Assembly: GCA_938084905.1 (NCBI GenBank)
Contig: CALKEQ010000002.1
Location: forward strand, 11,129 to 75,128
Source: an uncultured bacterium
Lineage (GTDB): Bacteria; Desulfobacterota; Syntrophorhabdia; Syntrophorhabdales; JANXAF01
Direction of reading: 5' to 3'
DNA length: 64,000 bases
In this document: piece after piece, positions 42,096-52,291 of the stretch
Position numbering within the stretch: position 1 is the stretch's first letter
Layout: each line of letters starts with the position of its first letter
Notes under the pieces: generated by a model
What the model was told of the DNA's origin: nothing
What the model saw: the letters and a program-made list of their open reading frames with translations, nothing else
The model's database searches: none
Translations under genes and position numbers: made by a program

Positions 42096-43916
42096 ATGGA
42101 GGAAAGAAAACTTGAGGAAGTAGTAGAGAGTCTCAAAAAGAGGATTTTAGAGCTTGAAAAGTCCCTTGAGGATTTGAAATCCAGGGAAAAGGAACTAGAA
42201 GAAGCTGAAAAGATTTATAAGGTGGCGGTTGAACATTCCAACGATGGTGTGGCAATGATAGGTGGATCGAAGCATCTTTACGTAAACAGGAGATTTGTTC
42301 AGATTTTTGAGTATGAAAGTCCGGAAGAGATAATCGGCAAGCCTGTAACCTTCGTCGTCCATCCAGATGACTTCAACCTGGTAAAGAGTATAAGTGAAAG
42401 AAGGATGAGGGGGGATGAGGTTCCAGAAAGGTACGAGTTTAAGGGGTTAACGAAGACAGGGAAAATAATCTATTTGGAAGTTTCAGCGGCGAGTGCGAGC
42501 TTTAAGGGCGAGCCTGTTTACCTTGTTTTTCTGAGAGATGTAACTGAGAGGAAGGAGTCTGAAAAATTACTCACAGAGGAAAAAGAGAGACTGAATACCC
42601 TTTTAGAGAACGCGCCAATAGGCATTGCTCTCGTTGACGAAAAAGGGGTTTTTAGGTACGTAAATCCAAAATTCACTGAGATCTTCGGATACGAAAGTAG
42701 GGAAGTACCTGACGGAAGGACCTTTTTAAGGAAGCTCTTTCCTGACCAATCGTACAGAAGAAAGGTAATCTCAGACTGGATCGATAACGTAAAAACCAAG
42801 CAGGTTGGGCAGAGATTTCCAAGGATTTTCACCATCCATACAAAGGATGGGAAGAAGAAGATTGTTAACTTCATTCCAGTGAGGCTTGCCACAGGAGAGC
42901 ATATTATAACCTTCGAAGATATAACTGAAAGGATTGAGGCGGAGGAGGCCTTAAGACAGTCGAAGGAGCAACTCGAACGGTTAAACGTTCTAAAGTCAAA
43001 GGCAATAGATCACATATCCCATGAGCTCAAAACTCCTGCCTCAGTCCTTTTGGGTAGCTTAAGAATTTTAAAAAGGAAGCTTTCAGAAATGAATATCACC
43101 CGTTCCTTTGAAAAGATCCTGGGTGCAATGGAAAGGAACGTGTCGAGAATTCTTGAGATATCAAAGGAGACTGATGAGATATTCAGGTCCCAGGCTGAAT
43201 TGGAAAGTGTTTCTTTAACGATGGAGATGGAGGATTTACTAATCCGTCTCGAGAGGATGGTTGAAGTACCTGAATCCATAAAGTTCCATTGGAAAGCGAT
43301 AAGGGAATGGCTGCTTAAAACCTTCTCAGAGGAAAAGGAGGATAATGAGGACATCGAACTCTTCTCCTTTTTGGAGAACACCTTAGAGAGGATAAGGGGA
43401 AAGATAGGTGCCAGAAGAGTCCATCTTAGATTGATAGGCGAAAAAGGGCTCGCAATCAGGATAAATCCAAAAGTACTCCAAAGTACAATTGAAGGGATAA
43501 TAAAGAACGCCATTGAGAATACACCTGACGGTGGGTATGTGGAAGTGTTTACAGAAAAGAGGGATGAAAGGGTTCTAGTCCACATAAAGGACACAGGGGT
43601 CGGAATAACAGAGGAGAACCTTCCCCATCTATTCGATGGCCTTTTTCACACAGAGGCAACTGACCTTTACAGATCAAAGAAGCCTTACGAATTCGGTGCA
43701 GGTGGAAAGGGACTGGAACTATTCACAATAAAAAGATACGCACTTAAGTACGGATTTGAAATAAGTGTGAAGAGTAAAAGGTGTGTACATCTTCCAACTG
43801 AAAGGGATTTGTGTCCTGGAGATGTAAAGCTCTGCAAGTACCTTTCTGATCCTGAAGAATGTAAGGAAAAAGGAGGGACGACCTTTACCTTATCCTTCGT
43901 TCTCCCAAACCCTTAA
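42096..43916 (+). CDS. cytoplasmic PAS-PAS sensor histidine kinase
   Basis: 606 aa. N-terminal coiled coil, two PAS domains, H-box HISHELKTPAS, HATPase (NAIENTPDGG, DTGVGI, GGKGLELF) with a 4-Cys insertion before the last strand. Confidence 0.85.
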   Translation: MEERKLEEVVESLKKRILELEKSLEDLKSREKELEEAEKIYKVAVEHSNDGVAMIGGSKHLYVNRRFVQIFEYESPEEIIGKPVTFVVHPDDFNLVKSISERRMRGDEVPERYEFKGLTKTGKIIYLEVSAASASFKGEPVYLVFLRDVTERKESEKLLTEEKERLNTLLENAPIGIALVDEKGVFRYVNPKFTEIFGYESREVPDGRTFLRKLFPDQSYRRKVISDWIDNVKTKQVGQRFPRIFTIHTKDGKKKIVNFIPVRLATGEHIITFEDITERIEAEEALRQSKEQLERLNVLKSKAIDHISHELKTPASVLLGSLRILKRKLSEMNITRSFEKILGAMERNVSRILEISKETDEIFRSQAELESVSLTMEMEDLLIRLERMVEVPESIKFHWKAIREWLLKTFSEEKEDNEDIELFSFLENTLERIRGKIGARRVHLRLIGEKGLAIRINPKVLQSTIEGIIKNAIENTPDGGYVEVFTEKRDERVLVHIKDTGVGITEENLPHLFDGLFHTEATDLYRSKKPYEFGAGGKGLELFTIKRYALKYGFEISVKSKRCVHLPTERDLCPGDVKLCKYLSDPEECKEKGGTTFTLSFVLPNP

Positions 43917-44714
43917 AGTTTCCATTTTCTCCCTCTTAAGTTTACCCGTATAATCTCTTAGATCCACAACTACGACCGTGATGTTATCCGTTGAACCTAG
44001 CCTTAAGGCTTCCCTTGTTACATACTCTGCTATAGTTTGGGCCTCCATTTTCTTTCTCGCCAGGTTTATGGCATCTTCTGGTTCAATTACATCCCAAACC
44101 CCATCGCAGGCGATGATGGCATAATCGTTCTCCCTTGAAAGGTAACCTTCCACTATGAAAGGATTAGCTATAACGTATGGTTTAAGTGAAGGGTTACCGA
44201 GAGCCCTCGAGATGGCAAGAATCCCTTGAACCCTAGGAATGTCATAGGTTATGACCCTTCCTCCTTTTTTTTCGATCCTTTGTCTTTCATTCGGCAGATA
44301 AGGTTTATGGTCCTTTGTCAAAACCTTCACCCCGTCTTCCGTTCCTATTACGATTCTGGAATCACCCGCATTCGAAGCAAAGAACCTCTCCCCAATTACG
44401 TAAAAAAGGGCAGCTGTGGTCCCGCTTCTTATTCCTCTCTCAATCAAGTAAGTATCGACAGCAAGATAGGATTCTTCTATCATCCTAATTACATCTTCAT
44501 CTCCTTTCGATTTGAGAAGGTTGAGAAAATAGGGTGTTAACATCTCGGATGCAATCTCCGCCGCTTTATGCCCCCCATGCCCATCGTATATTTCCGCACT
44601 GAAAAAGGAGAGGTTTTCGACTCTGTATATGGCGTAACTATCCTCGTAGCTTTCCCTAAGGCCAATCTCTTCACATACACCCGTCTTTATCAGATCTACA
44701 GATGGGAAAATCAA
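43890..44714 (-). CDS. PP2C-family Ser/Thr protein phosphatase
   Basis: 274 aa. YDGHGGHKAA, ACDGVWDV, DNITVVVVDL. Confidence 0.88.
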   Translation of the reverse strand: MIFPSVDLIKTGVCEEIGLRESYEDSYAIYRVENLSFFSAEIYDGHGGHKAAEIASEMLTPYFLNLLKSKGDEDVIRMIEESYLAVDTYLIERGIRSGTTAALFYVIGERFFASNAGDSRIVIGTEDGVKVLTKDHKPYLPNERQRIEKKGGRVITYDIPRVQGILAISRALGNPSLKPYVIANPFIVEGYLSRENDYAIIACDGVWDVIEPEDAINLARKKMEAQTIAEYVTREALRLGSTDNITVVVVDLRDYTGKLKREKMETLRVWENEG

Positions 44715-46552
44715 GATTTGTCCTTTTTTATTTTAAATTCCTTGTTTTCGTAAAGGGGGAGAGCCTTTGACATGAACTCGATCCATATGGGAAGTGCGGC
44801 CTGAGCTCCAGACTCATTAGGTCCAAGCACCTTTTCCCTATCGTATCCAACCCAGACAAGACAGAGAAGATCTGAAGAGAATCCAACAAACCAGGCATCA
44901 CGGAAGTCATCTGTAGTCCCGGTCTTTCCAGCCAGTGGATATGGGAGAGTAGCCGCCTTTTTGGCGGTCCCATTTTTTATTACACCTTCCATCATTGTGA
45001 TAAGTTTGTATGCTACTTCCTCGTCAACCACCGCTTCTCCTTCCGGATCAAAGGCCACAAATAGAGTCTCACCATTTAGGTTGGTAATTTCCTTTACGGC
45101 TCTCAAGGGTATTCTTGAGCCCATTCTAGCGATAGTGAGGTAAGCCTGAGCGAGCTCAATAGGGCTAACCTCTGATGTGCCTAAAGCAATGGAAAGGTTA
45201 GGGCTAAGCTGGCTTTCGATCCCCAGCCTTCTTCCCATGTCAAGAACGCTCTCTATTCCAACTGCTTCAAGGAGTCTTACTGTGGCTGTGTTAAGGGATA
45301 ACTCCAATGCTCTTTTCATAGTCACATATCCGTGATACTCGTTCCTGTAGTTCCTCGGTGTCCAGACCTTTTTCGTGTAAGGGTTTGTGTAAGAGATTGG
45401 AGCATCGAGAAGGATATGATCCGTTGAAAATCCCTTCTCAAGCGCTGCAAGGTAAATGATAGGTTTGAAAGCGCTACCAGGCTGCCTTTTTGCCTGCCAT
45501 ACGCGGTTAAACGGGGAAGTGGAAAAGTCCCTCCCCCCTATCATCACCTTTATATCTCCAGTTTTCACTTCAACTGCCAAAAGTGCAACCTGTGGAAGTT
45601 CCTTTACCCCTGGATGCCTTTCTTTATAAAGTTTTAATCCCTTTGAGATGGCCTCGTATGCGTACTCAGTCATCTTTAGATTCACAGTAGTTTTTATATT
45701 CATTCCTGCGGTGAAAATGTGATCCTCTCTCTCCACGTAATCCTCTAGAATCGACTTGACATACTCTATGAAGTAACCCATCTTCTTTTCATGTATCCGC
45801 TGAGGAACTACCTTAAGTGGAGAAAGGACGGCTTTTTCGAATTCCTCCCTACTTATCATGCCTGCCTCGTACATTCTTTTTAAAACATGGTTCCTTCTCA
45901 TCAAAACTCTTTCAGGGTTCTTCAAGGGAGAAAGTATTGAAGGAGATTTTGTTAGGGCAGCAAGCGTTGCAGATTCTTCTAATGTTAGATCCTTTGCTCT
46001 CTTTCCAAAATACGTGTAACTTGCCGCTTCAACTCCGTAACAACCCTCACCAAGGTATATGAGGTTCAAATACATTGCCAGGATTTCGTCCTTTGAGTAC
46101 GTTCTCTCCATCTCAATGGCTAAAATTGCCTCTTCTATCTTTCTCTTTAGGCTTTTTTTCGGAGTTAAAAAGAGATTGCGGGCAAGCTGCTGGGTTATGG
46201 TTGAGGCCCCCTCCACAATTTTCCCTTTCCTAATATTATTCCACGTTGCCCTCAAAATGCCCCTCAAATCTATGCCAAAATGCTTGTAAAACCTTACATC
46301 CTCTGCGGCAATAAAGGCGTCTCTTAGATGTTTCGGCATCTGACTCAAAGGAATTGGAATTCTCTTCTCTGTAAAAAGTTCTGCGAAAAGCGTTCCACAA
46401 TCAGCGTAGAGCCTTGTTGCCGACTTTGGAGTAAAATTCTCAAGCTGTTTTACGTCTGGGATCTCAAGGTAGTTCAATAGGGAATAGGCAAACCCTGCAC
46501 CTAATAGCGAGGGAAGTAAAAAGAGGATCAGTAGAATTCTTACAGTGTGCAT
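44711..46552 (-). CDS. class A penicillin-binding protein (PBP1A-type transglycosylase/transpeptidase)
   Basis: 613 aa. GT51 motifs (AAEDVRFYKHFGID, GASTITQQLA). Transpeptidase motifs SAFKP, SLN, KTGTT. 4-nt overlap with the PP2C gene. Confidence 0.9.
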   Translation of the reverse strand: MHTVRILLILFLLPSLLGAGFAYSLLNYLEIPDVKQLENFTPKSATRLYADCGTLFAELFTEKRIPIPLSQMPKHLRDAFIAAEDVRFYKHFGIDLRGILRATWNNIRKGKIVEGASTITQQLARNLFLTPKKSLKRKIEEAILAIEMERTYSKDEILAMYLNLIYLGEGCYGVEAASYTYFGKRAKDLTLEESATLAALTKSPSILSPLKNPERVLMRRNHVLKRMYEAGMISREEFEKAVLSPLKVVPQRIHEKKMGYFIEYVKSILEDYVEREDHIFTAGMNIKTTVNLKMTEYAYEAISKGLKLYKERHPGVKELPQVALLAVEVKTGDIKVMIGGRDFSTSPFNRVWQAKRQPGSAFKPIIYLAALEKGFSTDHILLDAPISYTNPYTKKVWTPRNYRNEYHGYVTMKRALELSLNTATVRLLEAVGIESVLDMGRRLGIESQLSPNLSIALGTSEVSPIELAQAYLTIARMGSRIPLRAVKEITNLNGETLFVAFDPEGEAVVDEEVAYKLITMMEGVIKNGTAKKAATLPYPLAGKTGTTDDFRDAWFVGFSSDLLCLVWVGYDREKVLGPNESGAQAALPIWIEFMSKALPLYENKEFKIKKDKS

Positions 46553-46652
46553 TGAACTTTCTATATTTTAATACGCCAGCCTAATAAAAATCCAAATTTC
46601 GTCTTTGCCTTTGCAGTTCCTTTGCGCTATAGGCATGTGATAATATCTTTCT

Positions 46653-47579
46653 GTGGCAAGCTCAGAACTGAAAAAAATAATAGTGATAGGTGGTCCTACC
46701 TGCTCGGGAAAATCAGATCTCGGTCTTTATCTGGCAAAGAGGTTTAACGGAGAAATAGTTAACGCAGATTCAATGCAGGTCTACAGGCATTTCAATATAG
46801 GTACCGCCAAACCAAAGGAAAGTGTAAGGAAAAAGATTCTTCATCACCTCATAGACGTTGTAGATCCAGATGAGCCTTTTGACGCAAAGAGATTCGTTGA
46901 CCTGGCGGACAACGCCATAGATAGTATCGTTAAGAAGGGCAAAATCCCAATAGTTGTTGGTGGAACAGGCCTTTACATAAGAGCACTTCTTTACGGTCTT
47001 TTCGAGGCAAAAAAAGATGAGGACATTCGGAGAAGACTTTACGATGAGTATAGGAGAGACCCTCTCTCTCTTTATGAAAGGTTATCAAGCATAGATGAAG
47101 AATACGCAAGAAGGATCAGTCCAAAAGATAAGATAAGGGTTGTGAGGGCTTTAGAGGTCTACGAGATTACAGGGAAAAAAATGTCAGAATGGGAGAGAAT
47201 CCACGGTTTCAAAAACCCAAGGTACGATGCCTTATTCTTAGGTTTAAAGCGGGAGAGGAAGGAACTCTATTCTAGAATAGGGGAAAGGGTAGAAAGGATG
47301 ATCAAGGATGGCTGGGTTGAGGAGGTAAAAGGTATCCTTTCTCTTGGGTATAGCGAGGACTTGAAACCTTTTAAGGGAATAGGTTACGCAGAGATAATAC
47401 GTTACATAAAGGGTGAACTCGAATACGGAGATATGGTAAAAATAATTAAAAAGAGGACACGCAACTACGCGAAGAGGCAACTCGTTTGGTTCTCAAAGGA
47501 GAAGGGGGTAAAGTGGTTTCTCTTCCCTGAGCAGAAGGGGGAAATAGAGGAGGAGGTTAAAAAATTTCTGCGATTTTAA
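46653..47579 (+). CDS. miaA: tRNA dimethylallyltransferase
   Basis: 308 aa with GTG start. IVIGGPTCSGKSDL, NADSMQVYRHFNIGTAKP, PIVVGGTGLYIRALL. Confidence 0.92.
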   Translation: MASSELKKIIVIGGPTCSGKSDLGLYLAKRFNGEIVNADSMQVYRHFNIGTAKPKESVRKKILHHLIDVVDPDEPFDAKRFVDLADNAIDSIVKKGKIPIVVGGTGLYIRALLYGLFEAKKDEDIRRRLYDEYRRDPLSLYERLSSIDEEYARRISPKDKIRVVRALEVYEITGKKMSEWERIHGFKNPRYDALFLGLKRERKELYSRIGERVERMIKDGWVEEVKGILSLGYSEDLKPFKGIGYAEIIRYIKGELEYGDMVKIIKKRTRNYAKRQLVWFSKEKGVKWFLFPEQKGEIEEEVKKFLRF

Positions 47580-47582
47580 AGG

Positions 47583-48113
47583 ATGGATCTTAAATCAATT
47601 TTGGAAGCCGTACTTTTTGTTAGTAGTAAGCCTCTTTCCTTGAACGTAATTTCCAAGAAGCTTCCAGAATTTAAGAAGGAGGATATTCTTTATGCGATAA
47701 GGGCCCTAAAAGAAGAGTACACAAGAAAAGGGGGGCCAATTGAGATTGTGGAAGTAGCAAGGGGTTACCAGATGAGGACGAAGACAGAATACGGCTCTTA
47801 TCTCAAAAGATTCGTAAAATCTCGGAAGCCATTTCTAACAAAACCACTGATCGAGACCCTTGCCATAGTTGCATATAGGCAGCCCGTATCAAAAAAGGAG
47901 ATAGATAGGATGAGGGGTGTGGACTCATCGAGGGCTTTGAGGGAGTTACTCGAAAGAAAGCTCATAAAGGTCTCGGGAAGAAAGAAGCCGCTCTCCTCCC
48001 TCCTATTTGAAACAACAGATCGGTTTCTCGAATATTTCGGTCTAAAAAACCTGGACGATTTGCCAGATTTTGGAGAAATTGAAGAATTGGAAAACTCCTA
48101 TTCGGGGAGGTAA
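47583..48113 (+). CDS. scpB: segregation and condensation protein B
   Basis: 176 aa. ILEAVLFVSSKPLS, ETLAIVAYRQPVSKKEIDRMRGVDS. Confidence 0.88.
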   Translation: MDLKSILEAVLFVSSKPLSLNVISKKLPEFKKEDILYAIRALKEEYTRKGGPIEIVEVARGYQMRTKTEYGSYLKRFVKSRKPFLTKPLIETLAIVAYRQPVSKKEIDRMRGVDSSRALRELLERKLIKVSGRKKPLSSLLFETTDRFLEYFGLKNLDDLPDFGEIEELENSYSGR

Positions 48114-48115
48114 AG

Positions 48116-49147
48116 ATGGATATTTCTGAACTTTTAATTTTTATGGTCGAGAACAAAGGGTCAGATCTCCACCTTTCCGCAGGTGAACCCCCTATGATAA
48201 GGATCCACGGAGATATGGTGAAAGTTGATATGCCGCCACTAGACAAGGATGAGGTTCATAGAATGATCTACGATATAATGAATGATCAGCAGAGAAAGAT
48301 ATACGAGGAGAATCTGGAACTCGACTTCTCCTTTGCCTTAGGGGATATAGCAAGGTTCAGGGTAAATGTGTTTAGGCAGTTGCGGGGTGAGGCTGCTGTT
48401 TTTAGAACGATTCCGACCAAAATTCCAACTTTTGAGGAGCTCAATCTTCCAAAAGTCCTTATGGACATCGCCAGACTTGAGAAGGGTCTTGTCCTTGTTA
48501 CAGGCCCAACTGGAAGTGGAAAATCAACGACCCTTGCGGCAATTATAGATTTTATCAATACCGAGCAAAAAGGACACATCCTCACAATAGAGGATCCAAT
48601 CGAGTTCGTTCACAAATCAAAAAACTGCTTAGTAAACCAGCGAGAACTTGGACCCCATACGAAGAGTTTTGCAAATGCATTAAGAAGTGCATTGCGCGAG
48701 GATCCGGACGTGATTCTGGTTGGAGAAATGAGGGACTTAGAGACCATATCACTCGCTCTAACAGCCGCAGAAACTGGCCATCTAGTTTTCGGAACCCTTC
48801 ATACAATGGGTGCCCCAAAGACCGTTGACAGAATCATAGACGTCTTTCCACCGGCTCAGCAGGCTCAGGTGAGAGCAATGTTCGCTGAGTCGATTCAGGC
48901 TATTATTTCACAGGCCCTTTTTAAAAGAAAAGATGGGAAGGGAAGGGTTGCGGCCTTTGAAATCATGCTGGGAACTCCTGCAATAAGGAACCTAATCAGA
49001 GAGGCAAAAATAGCTCAGATTCCCTCAATAATGCAGACGAGCAGAGCAATAGGTATGCAGACAATGGAAGTAGCTGTCCAGGAACTTTTGGCAAAGAATC
49101 TGGTAACAAGGGAAGAGGTTGCATTCTACCTACCTCCCGGGAGGTAA
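48116..49147 (+). CDS. pilT: twitching-motility ATPase PilT (second locus)
   Basis: 343 aa. SDLHLSAGEPPMIRIHG, GPTGSGKSTT, TGHLVFGTLHT, AIRNLIREAK. Confidence 0.92.
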   Translation: MDISELLIFMVENKGSDLHLSAGEPPMIRIHGDMVKVDMPPLDKDEVHRMIYDIMNDQQRKIYEENLELDFSFALGDIARFRVNVFRQLRGEAAVFRTIPTKIPTFEELNLPKVLMDIARLEKGLVLVTGPTGSGKSTTLAAIIDFINTEQKGHILTIEDPIEFVHKSKNCLVNQRELGPHTKSFANALRSALREDPDVILVGEMRDLETISLALTAAETGHLVFGTLHTMGAPKTVDRIIDVFPPAQQAQVRAMFAESIQAIISQALFKRKDGKGRVAAFEIMLGTPAIRNLIREAKIAQIPSIMQTSRAIGMQTMEVAVQELLAKNLVTREEVAFYLPPGR

Positions 49148-49149
49148 CT

Positions 49150-50277
49150 ATGGAAAGGGAGATTAAAAAATACCTTCAATACATGGTGGAAAAGGATGCC
49201 TCCGACATTTATCTTACAGTTGGTGTCCCTCCCATGTTCAGGATTGAAGGGGAAACTCTCCCTTACGATGAGGAACCACTAACCCCAGAAGATACGGAAA
49301 AGATAGCCTTCTCAATAATGAACGAGAGACAAAAGGATGAGTTTTTAAGAGAACTTGAGATGAATTTGGCCCTATACTATCCAGAGCTCGGAAGATTCAG
49401 AGTCAACATATTCAGGCAGAGATCTTATATCGGTCTTGTGATAAGACAGATAAAGACAAAAATAAAAACTATAGATGAGCTTGGTCTGCCGCAGATCTTC
49501 AAAGAAATAGCGATGAGTAAAAGGGGCCTTGTACTCGTCGTTGGAGGTACTGGCAGTGGGAAGTCCACAACCCTTGCCGCAATGATAGATTACAGGAATT
49601 CTAACCAGAGAGGGCATATAGTCACAATTGAAGACCCTATAGAGTTCGTCCACGAGCACAAGATGAGCGTTGTAACTCAGAGGGAGGTTGGCTTTGACAC
49701 CCACTCCTTTTTCAATGCCCTAAAAAACACTCTAAGACAGGCACCAGATGTGATACTTATAGGTGAGATAAGGGACAGGGAGACAATGGAGCATGCTATT
49801 ACCTTCGCTGAGACAGGCCACCTCTGCATGGGCACACTTCACGCAAACAACGCCAATCAGGCAATTGAGAGGATCATTAATTTCTTTCCCACAGAGAGGC
49901 ACTTCCAGATATACATGCAACTCTCGTTAAATTTAAGGGCAATCATATCTCAAAGGCTCATACCAGGTGTCGATGGAAAAAGGGTGGCTGCCGTTGAAAT
50001 TCTGCTCGATTCACCAAGGGTCAAGGACCTCATACTTAAGGGTGAGATAGGCCTTTTAAAAGAGACAATGGCTCAATCTTACAATGAGGGGATGCAGACA
50101 TTCGACCAACACATATTCGAGTTGTATAGGCAAGGAAAGATAGATCAGAATAACGCTATTGCTTACGCTGACAGTCCAAATGACGTAAGGCTAAGAATAA
50201 AGATGGCTCAAATTTCAAAGGAAGAAGCGGAAAAGAAGGAAGTTGGCCTTAGACTTAAAATGGATGTGAAAGAGTAA
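49150..50277 (+). CDS. pilU: PilU-like PilT-family ATPase
   Basis: 375 aa. GGTGSGKSTT, TGHLCMGTLHANNA, longer C-terminus typical of PilU. Confidence 0.85.
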   Translation: MEREIKKYLQYMVEKDASDIYLTVGVPPMFRIEGETLPYDEEPLTPEDTEKIAFSIMNERQKDEFLRELEMNLALYYPELGRFRVNIFRQRSYIGLVIRQIKTKIKTIDELGLPQIFKEIAMSKRGLVLVVGGTGSGKSTTLAAMIDYRNSNQRGHIVTIEDPIEFVHEHKMSVVTQREVGFDTHSFFNALKNTLRQAPDVILIGEIRDRETMEHAITFAETGHLCMGTLHANNANQAIERIINFFPTERHFQIYMQLSLNLRAIISQRLIPGVDGKRVAAVEILLDSPRVKDLILKGEIGLLKETMAQSYNEGMQTFDQHIFELYRQGKIDQNNAIAYADSPNDVRLRIKMAQISKEEAEKKEVGLRLKMDVKE

Positions 50278-50303
50278 ATTAAAGGTTCACTAGAACACCA
50301 ATT

Positions 50304-52290
50304 CTATACGCCAAAAATCCACAGCCAAAAGTACTTCCAGCTTCCCATCTCAGATTTTAGAACGGCTGTTGTGGGAATGCATGGAATGAAGAGCATAAGT
50401 ATGACGAGAAAGGAGAGTAAGGAGGCAGGGCTCACATTCTCTCTGATGACTTTCCTTAACCCCTCATCTGCCGCTCCATAAAGTACTCCAAGGGTAGCTA
50501 CGCTGTTCTCTTTTGCAATCACACTCGATATAAGGGCAACCGTCAGCCTCCAGTCCAGACCTATGTAACTTCCAGCTTTCTCCAAACCTTTTCCCAATTT
50601 TGCAAGGTAGCTTTCCTCAACTGTCTTTCCCGGAAAGGTGGAGAAGAGCCATAGGAAAACTGAAAAGATAAGAATGATACTTCCGGCCCTTTTAACAAAG
50701 GAAAGGATCCTTTGTGAAACTGTGTTCAAAACGTTTTTTAGGTTCGGTTTGTGATAAAGGGGATTGGCTCTAACTTTAAAAACCGGCTTAAGAGGAGACC
50801 GAAAATTACAAGGACAGCAATATTTACTGTTACAAGGAGCCACATGATGAAGGGGGCCTTCTCAAAGAAGACCGCTCCAGCAAGAAAGGTTAAAACCCCA
50901 AGCCTACCCACGCAAGGCACAAAGGGGCAAGAAACTCTTCCCATGTAATCCCATTATATGCATGAATCTGTCCATAACAAATGCAACCCTTGCTATGTAT
51001 CCTGTATCCTCAAGAAGTGCAAGGGCGAGAAAAAAAATGAAGAGTATGGGGATAAAGGAGAGGACAGAACCGACCCCTCCTATCACTCCCTCAAGTATGA
51101 GTCCTCTAAACCATCCATCGAATGATCCAAGCCTTGGCTCGAGAGTCTTACCAAATTGAACAAATAGGTTTTCCAAAAGGCTTTGGAGTGGAAGACCGAT
51201 CTTGTACGTGGTCAAAAAGATCAGGCCAAGAACACAGATAAGGACAGGGATTCCAACTAGGGGGTTTGTAAGAAGATGGTCAATTCTGTCAGTCATTAAA
51301 ACCTGGCCCCGCCTGAACCTCTTTATTGCAGACCTGGTCACATCCTCTATCCAATCGTACCTTCCACCCACAACTGCCCTCAAAGCATCTTCGTGCTCGG
51401 AAAGTGTGCTCTTTATTTGGCTCCAAACATCGGGAGGGATAGTCCTCTCCATCTCCTCTATCACATCTTTATCTCCCTCCATAAGCTTAATTGCGCACCA
51501 ACTTTTAGGTCTGTCAATTTATGAAAGATCTCCGCATGATTCTTTGCAACCTCTGGCATCCTAGGTTTTTAAAAGGTCTTTTTTTCAGTAAGATTCTCTA
51601 TCTCCTGCACAAGCTCCCTAATTCCCCTGTTCTTTGACGCAACCATAGGAACAACAGGTATGCCAAGAGAATCTCTTAGTGCCTTAACGTCTATGTTTAT
51701 TCCCTGTGCCTCGGCAACATCGAGCATATTTACAGCTAAGACAACAGGAGGACCGAGGAGTAAAAGCTCGGAAAGAAGGTAAAGGCTTCTTTCCAGTGCG
51801 GCTCCGTTCACTATAAGTGCGATAACGTCGGGCTTCTCTCTCAGGATAAAGTCCCTTGCGATCCTTTCCTCCTCAGAAAAAGAGCTGAGACTGTAAGTTC
51901 CAGGAAGATCAACGATCCTCATGATCAGATTGTCTTTTTCGTAAATCCCCTCCTTCTTTTCAACGGTCTTTCCAGGCCAGTTACCGACATGTTGGGAAAG
52001 CCCTGTGAGAACGTTGAAAACGGTGGATTTACCAACATTGGGCTGGCCGGCAAGGGCAACAAGTAAGTACTTCCTTTCCCTCTTTCTCTCCTCCCTTTTT
52101 TCACTTCTTTTGACCATTATCTTTTTCGCCTCTCCCCTTCCCAGAACAACTCTCGTAAATTTTACGACTCCTTCCGTTATTCCGAGTCCGGCAAGCCTAG
52201 TGAGAAGGCGCTCTCCGCCTAAAATCTCCTCAACAGTTCCTTCCTCACCCTCTTCGAGAAAAAAAAGGGGACTAAATCATCACTCTTCAT
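50304..52290 (-). pseudogene. feoB: degraded ferrous-iron transporter locus feoA-feoB
   Basis: The FeoA-like SH3 remnant and the FeoB G-domain (AGQPNVGKST) are in one frame but lack a start. ATG 52290 is out of frame because of a T7 run (plus A7 52260..52266). There is an in-frame TAA at 51569..51571. The membrane domain is split over three ORFs in alternating frames (50904..51482, 50738..50944, 50304..50843). Confidence 0.75.
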
Positions 52291-52291
52291 T

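Noticed and set aside
50304-52117. Interpretation of the feoB fragments as a legitimate split system, with separate G-protein and permease genes.
   Set aside because: The permease part alone needs three frame changes and lacks a conserved core segment. The G-domain frame continues with FeoB-like sequence past an in-frame TAA. Decay explains all of this better than a natural split.
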